Notes: a model not told the origin generated them from the sequence alone. DNA of 64,000 bases from Malacoraja senta (GCA_038087875.1 CM075990.1:17734001-17798000); one strand, 5' to 3'. Shown: positions 26,150 through 36,957, numbered from the stretch's first letter. Program-made: numbers and translations.

Positions 26150-27320
26150 CATTCTAAGGGACAGGGTCTACCTGCATTTGGAAAACAAAGACTGAAGAAG
26201 GATAGTCAGCATTGCCTTGTGTGGAAAATCATGCCTCACCAATTTGAATGAGGTTTTTGAGGAAACGGAGGATTGACGAGGGCAGAGTAGTAATGCCATC
26301 TACTTAGACTTTAGCAGAACCTTGACAAGGTCCTGTCTGATTAGTTGCTCTGGAAGATTAGATCACTGGGAATATGGGGCGGGCTAGCCAAGTGGACACA
26401 GAATTGGCTTTGGTGGAAGGAGGCAGAGGGTGATGGTGCTGGGTTGTTATTAGAGGCCTGTAACCAGTGGTGTACTGCAGGGGCCGGTGCAGGGTCCATG
26501 TGGTTTGACATCTATATTAACAAGTTGGATGACAATGTTGCTAACATGGGTAATAATGCACATGGTACCATGTGGATGGCACCAAAATTGGTGGTGTGGT
26601 TATCTACAATTACTACAGGATCATGATGAACAGGGGAAGCGAGGAATGGCAAGTGGAATTTAACATAGATGATGACATAGTTTTGCATTTTGGTAAGTTA
26701 AACCAAGGCTAGACTTACACGGTAGGGAGTAGGGCCCTGGAGAGTGTGGTAGAGCAGAGAGAACTAAGGGAGTACAGGTAAATAGTTCCCTGAATGTGGC
26801 GACACAGGTAGATGGGGAAATGAAGAAGGCTTTTGGAATGCTTGCCTTCTTTTGTCAGAGAACTGAGTACATGAGTTGGGACATCATGTTACAAGTTGTT
26901 TGTGAGGCCCACAGAGTATTGTGTGCAGTTCTGGTCACCCAACTATAGCAAGGATGTCATGAGGTATGCATGGGTGGAAATAAGATTCACAAGATATTAG
27001 TGGGACAGAAAGTATTGAGTAATAAAGAGAGGCTGGAAGACTGGGACATTCCCCTGTAGCATAGAGGTTGAGGAGTGGCCTCATAAAGGTGTATGAAATC
27101 TCCAGGAGATAGATTAGGTGAACAGTCTTTCCCAGGGTAGAGGCATCTAAAACTAGAGGGCATTGATTTAAGGTGAGAGGGCAATGGATTAATAGTAACC
27201 TGAGGAGCAATGTTTGCCACACAGAGGGTGGTGGGCATGTGGAGCCAGCGGTCGGTGTTGGTTGTAGAGGCGAGGTACAAAAACATTAGACAGGTAGATA
27301 GATAGGAAAGGTTTTGGAGA
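26150..27320 (+). mobile_element. Old decayed CR1 RT fragment
   Basis: aaatcatgcctcaccaatttga, tacttagactttagc, tatattaacaagttggatgac, gagtattgtgtgcagttctggtcacc, aactagagggcat. Confidence 0.8.
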
Positions 27321-28079
27321 CACAGGCAACTACAGATGCTGAAATCTTGAGCAGAACTCAGAGTGCCGGAGGAACAGCGCGCCAGGCAGCATCAGTGGAG
27401 GCAACGTACAGATGATGTTTACGGGTCGGGATCCTTCTTCAGGTTGCCTGTCGCTGAGTTCCTCCAGCACGGTGTTTTCCTGAAGACTTAGAGGATGTGG
27501 GCCATGCGCGAGTGGTGCAGAAGTGTTTCCGTGCTGTAATGACTCTGACTCCATGGTATATCTCTGCTACCGCGCCCAGGGCAGTGGTGACACTGCGAGT
27601 GATGTTCAAATGTGAAAATATTTCTATGTTCCTAAGTTTCTGGTCAATTGAATTTCTCGTCAGATTTAACCAGCGGTCACCTTGCTCTGACCTGCACCTG
27701 TGACCATGCGGCCCGGGGTCTCCCCCGCAGTCTCCCCCCCCGCAGTCCCCCCCCCCCTCCCCCACAGCCCAGCCCAGCCACCGGCACCAGCAACCGCTGC
27801 AGTAACGCGGCGGCCAAGTCCTGACTCAGAGCCGCTGCAGCAGAGGGCGGGGCGGCAGAGACAGTCTCCCTTAAAGCGGCACCGTGTCTGTCTATCTCCC
27901 ACCCCGACTCCCCCCACCACCACCCCTCCCCCACTGACCCCATCTCCTCATGGAGCGGCCCCAGCAAGGCACTGCATGCTCTCGGGAGACGGCAGCCACG
28001 GTGGGGGAATGGGTGATTGGAGCGCCAAGCCTGGCCTGCTCCACGATGGATAGCGTCTCATCTCCGGGCCTTGATGGTG

Positions 28080-28700
28080 GTCATAGAGTCATATAGAGTG
28101 AAAACAGGCCCTTCAGCCCAGCTTGCCCACACCGACCAACATGTCCCAGCTACACGTCCCACCTGCCTGTGTTTGGTCCATATCCCTCCAAACCTGTCCT
28201 ATCCATTTACCGATCAAACTGTTTCTAAAACGTTGGGATAGTCTCAGCCTCAACTACTTCCTCTCGCAGCTTGTTCCATACACTCACCATCCTTTGTGTG
28301 AAAAGGTTACCCCTCAGATTATTATTTAATCTTTTCCAGTTCACCTTAAACCTATGTCCTCTGGTCCTGCATTCGCCTACTCTGGGCAAGAGACTCTGTG
28401 CATGTACCCGATCTATTCCTCTTATGATCTTGTACACATCTATAAGATCACCCCTCATCCTCCTGCGCTCCAAGGAATAGAGACCCAGCCTGCTCAACCT
28501 CTCCCCATAACTAACACCCTTTAGTCCTGGCAACATCCTCGTAAATCTTCTCTGGATCCTTTCTAGCTCAACAACATATTTCCTGTAACACGGCGCCCAG
28601 AACTGATGCAATACTCTAAATGCGGCCTCACCAACGTCTTGTACAACTGCAACATGACCTCCCAACGTCTACATTCAATACTCTGACTGATGTAGGCTAA
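28080..28700 (-). mobile_element. CR1 3' portion, interrupted by a Penelope insertion and resuming at about 29933-29990
   Basis: ORF 28225-28665(-): FWAPCYRK..LERIQRRFTRMLPGL...RMRGDLID...RTRGH...NLFTQRMV. Confidence 0.88.
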
Positions 28701-28704
28701 TTAA

Positions 28705-29935
28705 TGCGCCTTCATCTGACTTCATCCATTTCACCACTAACTTCCATCCGGCACTCAAATTCACCTGGACCATTTCCGACATCTCCCTACCGTTTCTAGA
28801 CCTCACCATCTCCATCACAGGTAATAGACTACTGACTGACATCTACTACAAACCCACTGACTCCCATGGCTATCTGGACTACACTTCTTCAACATCTGCA
28901 GTTCCTTCTTATACACTTCTTCCCACCCTGCTTCCTGTAAGGACTCCATCCCCTACTCCCAATTCCTCCATCTACACCGCATCTGCTCCCAGGATGAGGT
29001 GTTCCAGACCAGGGCATTGGAGATGTCCTCATTCTTTAGGGAACAGGGGTTTCCCTCTTCTATAGATGAGGCTCTCACCAGGGTCTCCTCTATATCCCGC
29101 AGCTCCGCTCTCACTCCCCATCCCCCTACTCTTAACAAGGGCAGAGCCCCCCTTGTCCTCACCTTCTACAATACCAGTCGTCACATACAACATATAATCC
29201 TCCAACATTTTCGCCACCTCCAACGGGATCCCACCACTTGCCACATCTTCCCATCTCCTCCCCTGTCGGCTTTTCACAGAGACCATTCCCTCCGTAACTC
29301 CCTGGTCAATTCGTCCCTTCCCACCCAAACCACCCCCTTCCCTGGTACTTTCCCTTGCAACCGCAGGAAATGCTACACTTGTCGCGTTACCTCCCCCCTT
29401 GACTCCATCCAAGGACCCAAGCAATCTTTCCAGGTGAGGCAGAGGTTCACCTGCACCTCCTCCAACCTAATCTGTTGCATCCGTTGTTCCAGGTGTCAAC
29501 TTCTCTACATTGGTAGACCAAACGCAGGCTTGGCGATCGCTTCGCTCAACACCTCCCCTCAGTTCGCAATAACCAACCTGATCTCCCGGTGGTTCAGCAC
29601 TTCAACTCCTCCTCCCATTCCGAATCTGACCTGGGCCGCCATTGCCAGAGTGAGGCCCAGCGCAAATTGGAGGAACAGCACCTCATAGTTCGCTTGGGCA
29701 GTTTACACCCCAGCGGTATAAACATTGACTTCTCCAATTTCAGGTAGTCCTTGCTTTTTCCCTCCTTCACCTCCCCCTCCCAGCTCTCCCACATGCCTAC
29801 TGTCTCCGCCTCTTCCTTTCTTTTTCCCACCCCTCCCCCACATCAGTCTGAAGAAGGGTCTCAACCCGAAACGTCACCTGTTCCTTCTCTCCATCGACGC
29901 TGCCTCACCAGCTGAGTTTCTCCAGCATTTTTGTA
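28705..29935 (+). mobile_element. Penelope-like retroelement, 5'-truncated (RT thumb, GIY-YIG endonuclease, terminal repeat with hammerhead motif)
   Basis: FLDL..TDIYYKPTDSH.YL, SIPYSQFLHL.RICS, FREQGFP, PLVLTF, QVRQRFTCTSSNLICCIRCSRCQLLYIG. Ends with ctgaagaagggtctcaacccgaaacgtc. Confidence 0.92.
29848..29875 (+). ncRNA. Minimal type I hammerhead ribozyme motif (PLE-associated)
   Basis: CUGAAGA, extra A, helix II GGGU-[CUCA]-ACCC, GAAAC, GUC cleavage triplet. Helix III is only the palindromic ACGU; helix I is short (GU/AC). Confidence 0.65.
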
Positions 29936-30404
29936 CACCTACTGTGCTCTGTTCTACAACACCCCACAGAGCCCTGCCATTCACAGTATAAAGGTGTAAA
30001 TGATGTGAAGGCGTGGAGTTCGCTGCAGAGGCCGCCCCTGAAGCCACAATCTTCCGCTCAATGGTGACGCCAGATAGTTAATGGTGGCGACGGCGCTGTA
30101 TGTCAACGGGGGGTGAGTGGTGCAGGAGATGGTCCATGCGCTCCATGTTATGGTGTACATGTGACCTGTCCTTCATCGGACCGTGCTTGGACGCTCCTAC
30201 CTTCATGCGGCTGGAGATGTTCTCCCGTGTTGGGAGCTCCAGGCTTGACACGTGTTGTGATGAAGGAATGGGGACGTATTTCTCAGTCAAGATGGTTTGT
30301 GGCGTGTCGGGGGGGGGGGGGTCAGCGCTCCGCTCTTGCTCTTCGCAACCAACGAGGCAGCGTGGGGAAACGCTGCCAGCGTAGACTGGGCAACTTGCTT
30401 TCAA

Positions 30405-30600
30405 TACAACATAGAACAGTCCAGTACGAGAACAGACCCTTCGGCCCACAACGTTGGTGCCGGACATGATGCCGAGTTAAACTAATCTCCTCTGGCTGCA
30501 CGTGATCCATATCCCTCCATTCCCTATATATCCATATGCCTATCTAAAAACCTCTAATCGCCGCTATCATATCTGCCTCCACCACCCTCTGTGTAAAAGA
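30405..30600 (-). mobile_element. CR1 3' end fragment
   Basis: aacatagaacag...acccttcggcccaca...tgatccatatccctccattccc. Confidence 0.65.
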
Positions 30601-30647
30601 ATGCACTGTCCGTCAACATGGTTTGAAGTGGTGGAAGAGACATTCTG

Positions 30648-31446
30648 TTGGATAGGACGTACATGGTAAATGGTAGAGAATTGAGGAATGCAGTTGAACA
30701 GAGGGATCTAGGAATAACTGTGCATAGTTCCCTGAAGGTGGAATCTCATGTAGATAGGGTGGTAAAGAAAGTTTTTGGGGTGCTGGCCTTTATAAATCAG
30801 AGCATTGAATATAGAAGTTGGGATGTAATGTTAAAATTGTACAAGGCATTGGTGAGGCCAATTCTGGAGTATGGAGTACAATTTTGGTCGCCTAATTATA
30901 GGAAGGATGTCAACAAAATAGAGAGAGTACAGAGGAGATTTACTAGAATGTTGCCTGGGTTTCAGCAACTAAGTTACAGAGAAAGGTTGAACAAGTTAGG
31001 TCTTTATTCTTTGGAGTGCAGAAGGTTAAGAGGGGACTTGATAGAGGTCTTTAAAATTATGAGCGGGTTAGACAGAGTTGACGTGGATAAGCTTTTTCCA
31101 TTGAGAGTAGTGAAGATTCAAACAAGGGGACATGACTTGAGAATTAAGGGACAGAAGTTTAGGGATAACTTTAGGGGGAACTTCTTTACTCAGAGAGTGG
31201 TAGCTGTGTGGAATGAGCTTCCAGTGGAAGTGGTGGAGGCTGGTTCGATTTTATCCTTTAAAAATAGATTGGATGGGTATATGGACGGGAAAGGAATGGA
31301 GGGTTATGGTCTGAGTGCAGGTAGATGGGACTAGGGGGAAGTATTTATTTTAATTTTTTTTTTTAATTAAAAAAATGTTCGGCACGGACTTGAAGGGCCG
31401 AGATGGCCTGTTTCCGTGCTGTAATGGTTATATGGTTATATGGTTG
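30648..31446 (+). mobile_element. Young 5'-truncated CR1 with uninterrupted ORF2 C-terminus and (ATGGTTAT)n tail
   Basis: Open 228-aa ORF (EQRDLG...LVRPILEYGVQFWSP...ERVQRRFTRMLPG...NFFTQRVVAVWN); 8-bp tail repeat at about 31423-31446. Confidence 0.92.
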
Positions 31447-31544
31447 GCATAAGAATCCATTGGCATTTTAGCTGCAGTTGTTATTTGAATCTTGCAGCGC
31501 TGGACACCAGCGAAGGGGGGTGGCGAGATCGGACCGGGCATTGC

Positions 31545-31645
31545 CGGTTTAAATGCAAATCAGAGTAAGATTGCAAGCATCGCCAATTTCCTGGAGAGTG
31601 GAGCACCAAATGACGGCGTCAGCACCAGATTCCGCAATAAAAGGT
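31545..31645 (+). promoter_or_regulatory. Putative proximal promoter of the neurofilament gene
   Basis: Octamer ATGCAAAT 31553-31560, CCAAT 31583-31587, inverted CRE half-sites TGACG-G-CGTCA 31611-31621, TATA-like AATAAAA 31636-31642, then Kozak CCACCATG at 31693-31700. Confidence 0.5.
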
Positions 31646-31697
31646 TGTGTGTGTGAAGGGACGCAGCATTGATCCAGACGGCGGCACCGGCTCCACC

Positions 31698-32684
31698 ATG
31701 AGTTTCGGCTGGGAGTTACTCGATGCTTTCCCACCCAGGAGGCTGCCCCGGGACATGGGGGTCCGCACTCCAGCCTGGTCCCTCAAGCATAGCCCCCTGT
31801 CCGCCAGCCGCGGCCTCGGCTCCCCGCTGCACAAGTCCCCGGACAGCGTGCACCTGCTACAGTCCGGAGCGCTGGCCGAGGACCTCGCCGCGCTCGGCAG
31901 CAACGAGAAGCTGCAGATGCAGGGGCTGAACGACCGCTTCGCCGGCTTCATCGACAAGGTACGCCAACTGGAGCAGATGAACCGCGGGCTGGAGGCCGAG
32001 ATCGCGGCGCTGAGGGAGCGGCAGAGCCGCCAGTCCGGACTGGCCGCCGGCTACGAGCCCGAAATGTCGGAGTTGCGGAATCTCCTGGTGGAAGCGGAGA
32101 AGCAGAAAGTACAGCTTGTGTTGGAGAGCGAGCAGGTGCGGGAGAGCGCACAGCGCCTGGCCGAGCGGTGCGAGGCTGAGGCGCGGGCACGCGTGGACAC
32201 ACAGGTCAATGTCCAGGCCTGCAACACTGAGCGGGACAGCAGTAACGTGGCCACACTGGAGCTGCAGCGCAAAGCGCAGTCGCTGATGGACGAGATCGCC
32301 TTCCTGAAGAGTAACCACGAGGAGGAGGTGTCCGACCTGTACAGCCACATCCAGGCGGCGCAGGTGAGCGTGGAGGCGAGGGATGTGGCCAAGGCCGACC
32401 TGGCGGGAGCCCTGCGGGCGATCCGGGCCCAGATGGAAGGCTGCAGCGGCGACAACATGGGCCAGACCGAGCAGTGGTTCGATGCCCGCGTGGCCAAGCT
32501 GAACCAGGCGGCGGCGGTGAACAGAGAGGCCCTGCAGAGCACACGGCAGGAACTGAGCGAGTACAGTCGCCAGGTGCAGTCCCGGGACATCGAGCTGCAG
32601 ACCATGCGAGCGAGGAAGGAGTCGCTGGAGAAGCAGCTGGGCGACGCCGAGGCCCGGCATGACTCCGATCTAGTCGGCTACCAG
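31698..32684 (+). CDS. Neurofilament (NEFM/INA-like type IV intermediate filament) exon 1: head and most of rod
   Basis: ATG 31698 (MSFGWE...), coil 1A NEKLQMQGLNDRFAGFIDKV, EIAFLKSNHEEEV; donor CAG|GTGAGG; 987 bp, phase 0. Confidence 0.95.
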
Positions 32685-32719
32685 GTGAGGAATGTTAGTT
32701 ACAGAGTTAGATTTAGCTC

Positions 32720-32858
32720 ATAGGGCTAACAGAATCAAGGGATATGGGGAGAAAGCAGGAACGGGGTACTGATTGTGGATGATCAGCCTTGATCATTTGA
32801 ATGGTGGTGCTGGCTCGAGGGACCGAATGGCCTACTCCTGCACCTATTTTCTGTTTTT
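32720..32858 (+). mobile_element. CR1 3' terminus in intron 1
   Basis: gatatggggagaaagcagg...gatgatcagcc...gaatggcctactcctgcacc. Confidence 0.8.
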
Positions 32859-33032
32859 ATGGAATGCGGGTCCCTCTTACCCCCCTCCCCCTCCGCTCCC
32901 GGCTGTTTACTCCACAAAGTGCTGGAGTAACAGCGGGTCTGGCAGCATCTCTGGAGCAGGAATAGGTGACGTTTCGGATCGAGAACTTTTTTTATTGTAA
33001 TTGCGAATTCCAGTCTGCTGTGTGTTTTACAG

Positions 33033-33157
33033 GACGCCATCCAACAACTAGATAACGAACTAAAAAATACAAAGCGGGAAATGGTGCTGCACTTGCGGGA
33101 GTACCAGGAGCTTCTGAACGTGAAGATGGCCTTGGATGTGGAGATCGCGTCTTACAG
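33033..33157 (+). CDS. Neurofilament exon 2 (coil 2B)
   Basis: ttttac[43 protein letters not shown](R)|GTAGG; 125 bp, the characteristic size of this exon in type IV genes. Confidence 0.96.
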
Positions 33158-34429
33158 GTAGGACGCGAGGGCCAGAGCAGGCTGGCGGCGGGATTCTCTC
33201 TCTCCTCCCCCCACGCCGGGAGTTATCTGGAGGGAATTCCCCCTCAGCGGCGAGAACGATGCAGGGGTTAAAACTGCGCAACTCCCAATCACCATTCACT
33301 TTGGACTTGGACAGCAACATGTAAAACCGCGATGCGGAATCAATAAACGGCCGCTGTGCAGCTGCTGCAAGATTGATTCATGCCGGGAATCCGCGGCAGG
33401 TTCAGCAGTTGCGCAAATACCGCGGCTTGGAGACGGGGTAACCCGGTCTGCACATCCACAGAGAGCAGGTCACGGTCTCCGTGCCACAGCCATGTCCACA
33501 CTCGCCGCACACTAGCCGCGCTCTCCCCTCCCCTCCCCTCCCCACTGCGCCTTCATGTACACCCCCACCCCGCCTGCCTGAAGGAGCATCACCTCTGTCC
33601 ACTGCCCGTCAACCCCTCCCTCAGCCTACGCTCTGCAACGTCCCGCAGCTGTCTCTGTCCACCCTTCATGACCAGACACCTCCAGCACATCTCCCCAGAA
33701 CCGTTTTTTTAAAATATACAAAGACTTTATTTCACTTTACTTTATAATCACAGTACAAACACTGGAAGGGCCAATGTTGCCAAACAGTGTACATCAAACC
33801 ACAACGGTATATCGGGTAAACCCGACGCACTGCCCCCTGCGCTCTTTCCTGCACCCCCTCATTTTCGGATCCCACCCCCCTGTACAGTCAACTTCCCAAC
33901 GAGTAAAACGCCGGCCCCGGATACAGCGCGCCAGTGTCGCTGGCCACAGGCGACACAGGATGAAGACAAACTCATCCCATGGGTCTCGTCTGTCTTATTA
34001 TGAACGACGTTTATCTGGAAATATAAAAAGGAGGAGTTTGCAAACCAAATACTGAGTTGCGATTCCCAACTCTTGCTGCCGTCCGGCGGGGAAGGATTTA
34101 ACTGTTAGAGAGCTCTGTTATTCCCGCAGCCCCGCCTCGGGTGCCGGTCGCCCCAGTCCATGTCCCGGCCCCAACGCGAAATGGGCCGTTCTGAACTACA
34201 TTAATCATTTAAAAAAATCAGTGTTGCTTATTTCGGAGCGCAGGTGTATATCGCGGCGGGCAGGTGAGGTCCGGGGACTGTGCCGCCTTGTGCTGGCGGC
34301 GGGAGAGGAGAGCAGCGGGGACAGGCGCTTAACCATGGAATGAGATACATGGAACTGCGGATGCCGGTTTACAAATAGACACAAAGTGCTGGAGTAACAG
34401 CAGGTCAGACAGCGTCTGTGGAGAACATG

Positions 34430-34600
34430 ACAGGCACAATAACAACATTTAAAAAGACATCTCGACAGGTACATGGACAGGTAAGGGCTAGACATAAGGG
34501 CTAAATGCGGGTAAATTGGACTAGCTTAGGGACATCTCGGTCAGTATGGACGAGTTGGGCCAAAGGGCCTGATTCTGTGCTGTATATTTATCTATGACTC
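34430..34600 (+). mobile_element. CR1 3' end fragment in intron 2
   Basis: catttaaaaagacatctcgacaggtacatgga...gggccaaagggcct. Confidence 0.75.
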
Positions 34601-34633
34601 TGAAGCTGTAACATTATTGTTTTGTATTTGAAG

Positions 34634-35960
34634 GAAACTGCTTGAAGGGGAAGAGACAAGATTCGGTGACTACACTCCCTCAACATATACGTATAAACCA
34701 CAGCCATTAACACATGCAACCTACATGACAACCAAGACCAAAGCCACCTCAACAAAGGTCATGCCTCAGTACAGGTTTGTAGAAGAAATCATTAGTGCAA
34801 CAACGAAGGAAGTTAACATGGCAGAGTTGGAAGCTGATTACAAGATAGTGATGGATCAGGAAGGAGAAACACAAGGTGAGGCAGCAGAAAGAGAGGGAGT
34901 TGCGGACAAGGAACCAAGTGAAGCAGAAGAAGCTGCAGAGGGAGAGGAAGCTGAGGTAGAAGATAAGGGTGGGGAGGAAGATGCAAAGGGGGATGTTGAA
35001 GAAGAGGAAAAAGATGAAGAGGAGGTTGCAGAAGGAAAGGATGAAGAGGACACAGGTGAAGATAAGGTTGAAGAGGCAGAAGAGAATCAGGTTGAAGGAA
35101 GTAATGGAGAGGTTAAGAAGGGGGAGGAGGAGCAGGTGGAAGAGAAAGAGGAGGAGGAGGTCAAAGAGGAGCTCAAAGAGGAGGTCAAGGAGGAGGAGGT
35201 CAAAGAGGAGGAGGTGGTCAAAGAGGAGGAGGTCAAAGAGGAGGAGGAGATCAAAGAGGAGGTGGAGGAGGAGGTGGTCAAAGAGGAGGTGGTCAAAGAG
35301 GAGGAGGTCAAAGAGGAGGAGGTCAAAGAGGAGGAGGTCAAAGAGGAGGTCAAGGTCAAGGACGAGGTGGAGGAGGTCAAGGAGGAGGCTGAAGGAAAGG
35401 AAGAGAAGCTTAAAGATGAAGAGACAGTTGAAGTAGCTAAAGAAAAGGTTGAAGAGAAAGTAGTGAAGGAAAAGTTTGAGGAGAAGGTTATAGAGAAGAC
35501 TGAAGAGGAAAAGGCTGACATAAATGATGGAGAGATGGTTGAAGAGAAGACAGAAGAGAAGGCAGAAGAGCAAAAAGCTGAAGGGAAGGCTGATGTAAAG
35601 GATAAAGCGGAAGAGAAGGCGGAAGAGATGGTGGAAGAAAAGGCGGAAGAGAAGAAAGAAGAGAAAGCAGAAGGAAAGGTTGAAGAAAAGATTTCTGAAC
35701 AGAAGGCCGAAGCAAAAGGCATTTCTAAGACGAAGGAAGGTGAAGGTGTAACGGGAGCCTCAGCGGTGAAGGGGGGCGATCAGGTTGAGGATAAACTAAT
35801 GGGCAAGGATGAAAAGGCAAAAGTGCCAGACACCAAAGTAGCAGGAGGGGAGAGCCAGTTAGCTTCAGGAACCACGCCAATGAATGGTAAAGAAACAGTG
35901 ACAGAGACTGAAACTAAAGATGAAGCAGCTTCCACAGAGAACGGCCAGGGGACACAGTAA
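34634..35960 (+). CDS. Neurofilament exon 3: rod end and Glu-rich tail (full protein 812 aa)
   Basis: ttgaAG|(R)KLLEGEETRF; NEFM-like tail motif KVMPQYRFVEEII; E/K-rich tail to TAA 35958-35960. Exon sum 987+125+1327=2439 bp, in frame. Confidence 0.95.
35148..35390 (+). repeat. Coding 15-bp-based repeat (GAGGAGGAGGTCAAA, KEEEV)
   Basis: EEVKEEEVKEEEVVKEEEVK... in the tail. Confidence 0.85.
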
Positions 35961-36224
35961 AGGACAAAGGGGTTAAGAAGTGAACAGTGAGCAGCAACAA
36001 TTGCCAAACGCTTGCTAATACACCAAGCAGAAAGGAACTATGTGAAATGCATGTTGGTGGAGACAGGTCTCAGGAATACAAGTGTGTACTGTAGGGAATA
36101 GGTGATAATCTCAGGGCAACAGCTTCAGCTCGGCTAATGCTGCATGAACCATTGCACTGTTAAATACTGCAGGCATCATAGCCAGCTGAGGAAATGTGGG
36201 GCTCAATCTGTATAAACACGAGCA

Positions 36225-36230
36225 AATAAA
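36225..36230 (+). terminator. Candidate polyadenylation signal
   Basis: First AATAAA about 265 bp after the stop codon. Confidence 0.55.
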
Positions 36231-36764
36231 AGACACTTCAATCTGATATCCGGAGTGCCTCAGTGTGACATTAATGTGCTTGGGGGGAAAGGGGGGAATT
36301 GACATCATTGGTTGGATTTGCAAAGTGCCCCTGTGCAAGGGAGAGCAAAGACCTCTATACTGCTTCACTAGTGTCCCTTCTGAGCGAGATTAGGAGAGGC
36401 AGGATGTGGATTCTAAACAGGGCCAGACTTGAGGTGGGCAAGTGCATGGAGAAGATTACTGTGGCAGAGCAGTTATTTAAAGCACGGGAAGGGCATCAGA
36501 TGCAATCTGTCGCCCTTTCCTCTTCAGGCATGGTGGGGCACCTTGTGTTTATTAGGAATTAGCGGTTGGATATCCTGGTGATTCTCATTGAATCTGTCCT
36601 GGTTCTTCTTGGTAGAGAAACTAAAAGACCCCTCAGAGGTGCCATCTCTGGCGGACCTCAGTGCAGTCCATACACGATACACGATAGGAGCTCTGTCACC
36701 GAGAAGACTGAGTCAACAGGTTTAACAGCTCTGTCCTCATCAGACAAACAAATAGGAACAAAGA

Positions 36765-36957
36765 TCAACAGATGCTCGTTTGTACCAGAGACTCAAGGTG
36801 CTTGAGTGACTCAGCGGGCCAAGCAGCATCTCTGGAGAAAAAAAAGATGGGTGACATTTCTGGTCAGTCTGAAGAAAAGTTCTGTCCCAAGATGTCACCC
36901 ATCCTCTATATCCAGAGATGCTACCTGTCCCGGTGTGTTACTCCAGCACTGTGTCTA
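36765..36957. mobile_element. Inverted pair of PLE-terminal-repeat-derived units (fold-back)
   Basis: ...ctcagcgggccaagcagcatctctggag...gggtgacatttc, then ctgaagaa...gatgtcacccat...ccagagatgct...gttactccagcactgtgtct. Confidence 0.65.

Noticed and set aside
31619..31640. REST/RE1 site in the neurofilament promoter (TCAGCACC)
   Set aside because: Only the left half-site is present, with no GGACAG at the canonical spacing.
31647..31697. N-terminal extension from the ORF-track start at 31647
   Set aside because: That start is a non-ATG codon; ATG 31698 has a Kozak context and a type IV-like MSF start.
31857..32660. Antisense ORFs over neurofilament exon 1 (also 34749-35722 over exon 3)
   Set aside because: Shadows of GC3-rich or purine-rich coding sequence.
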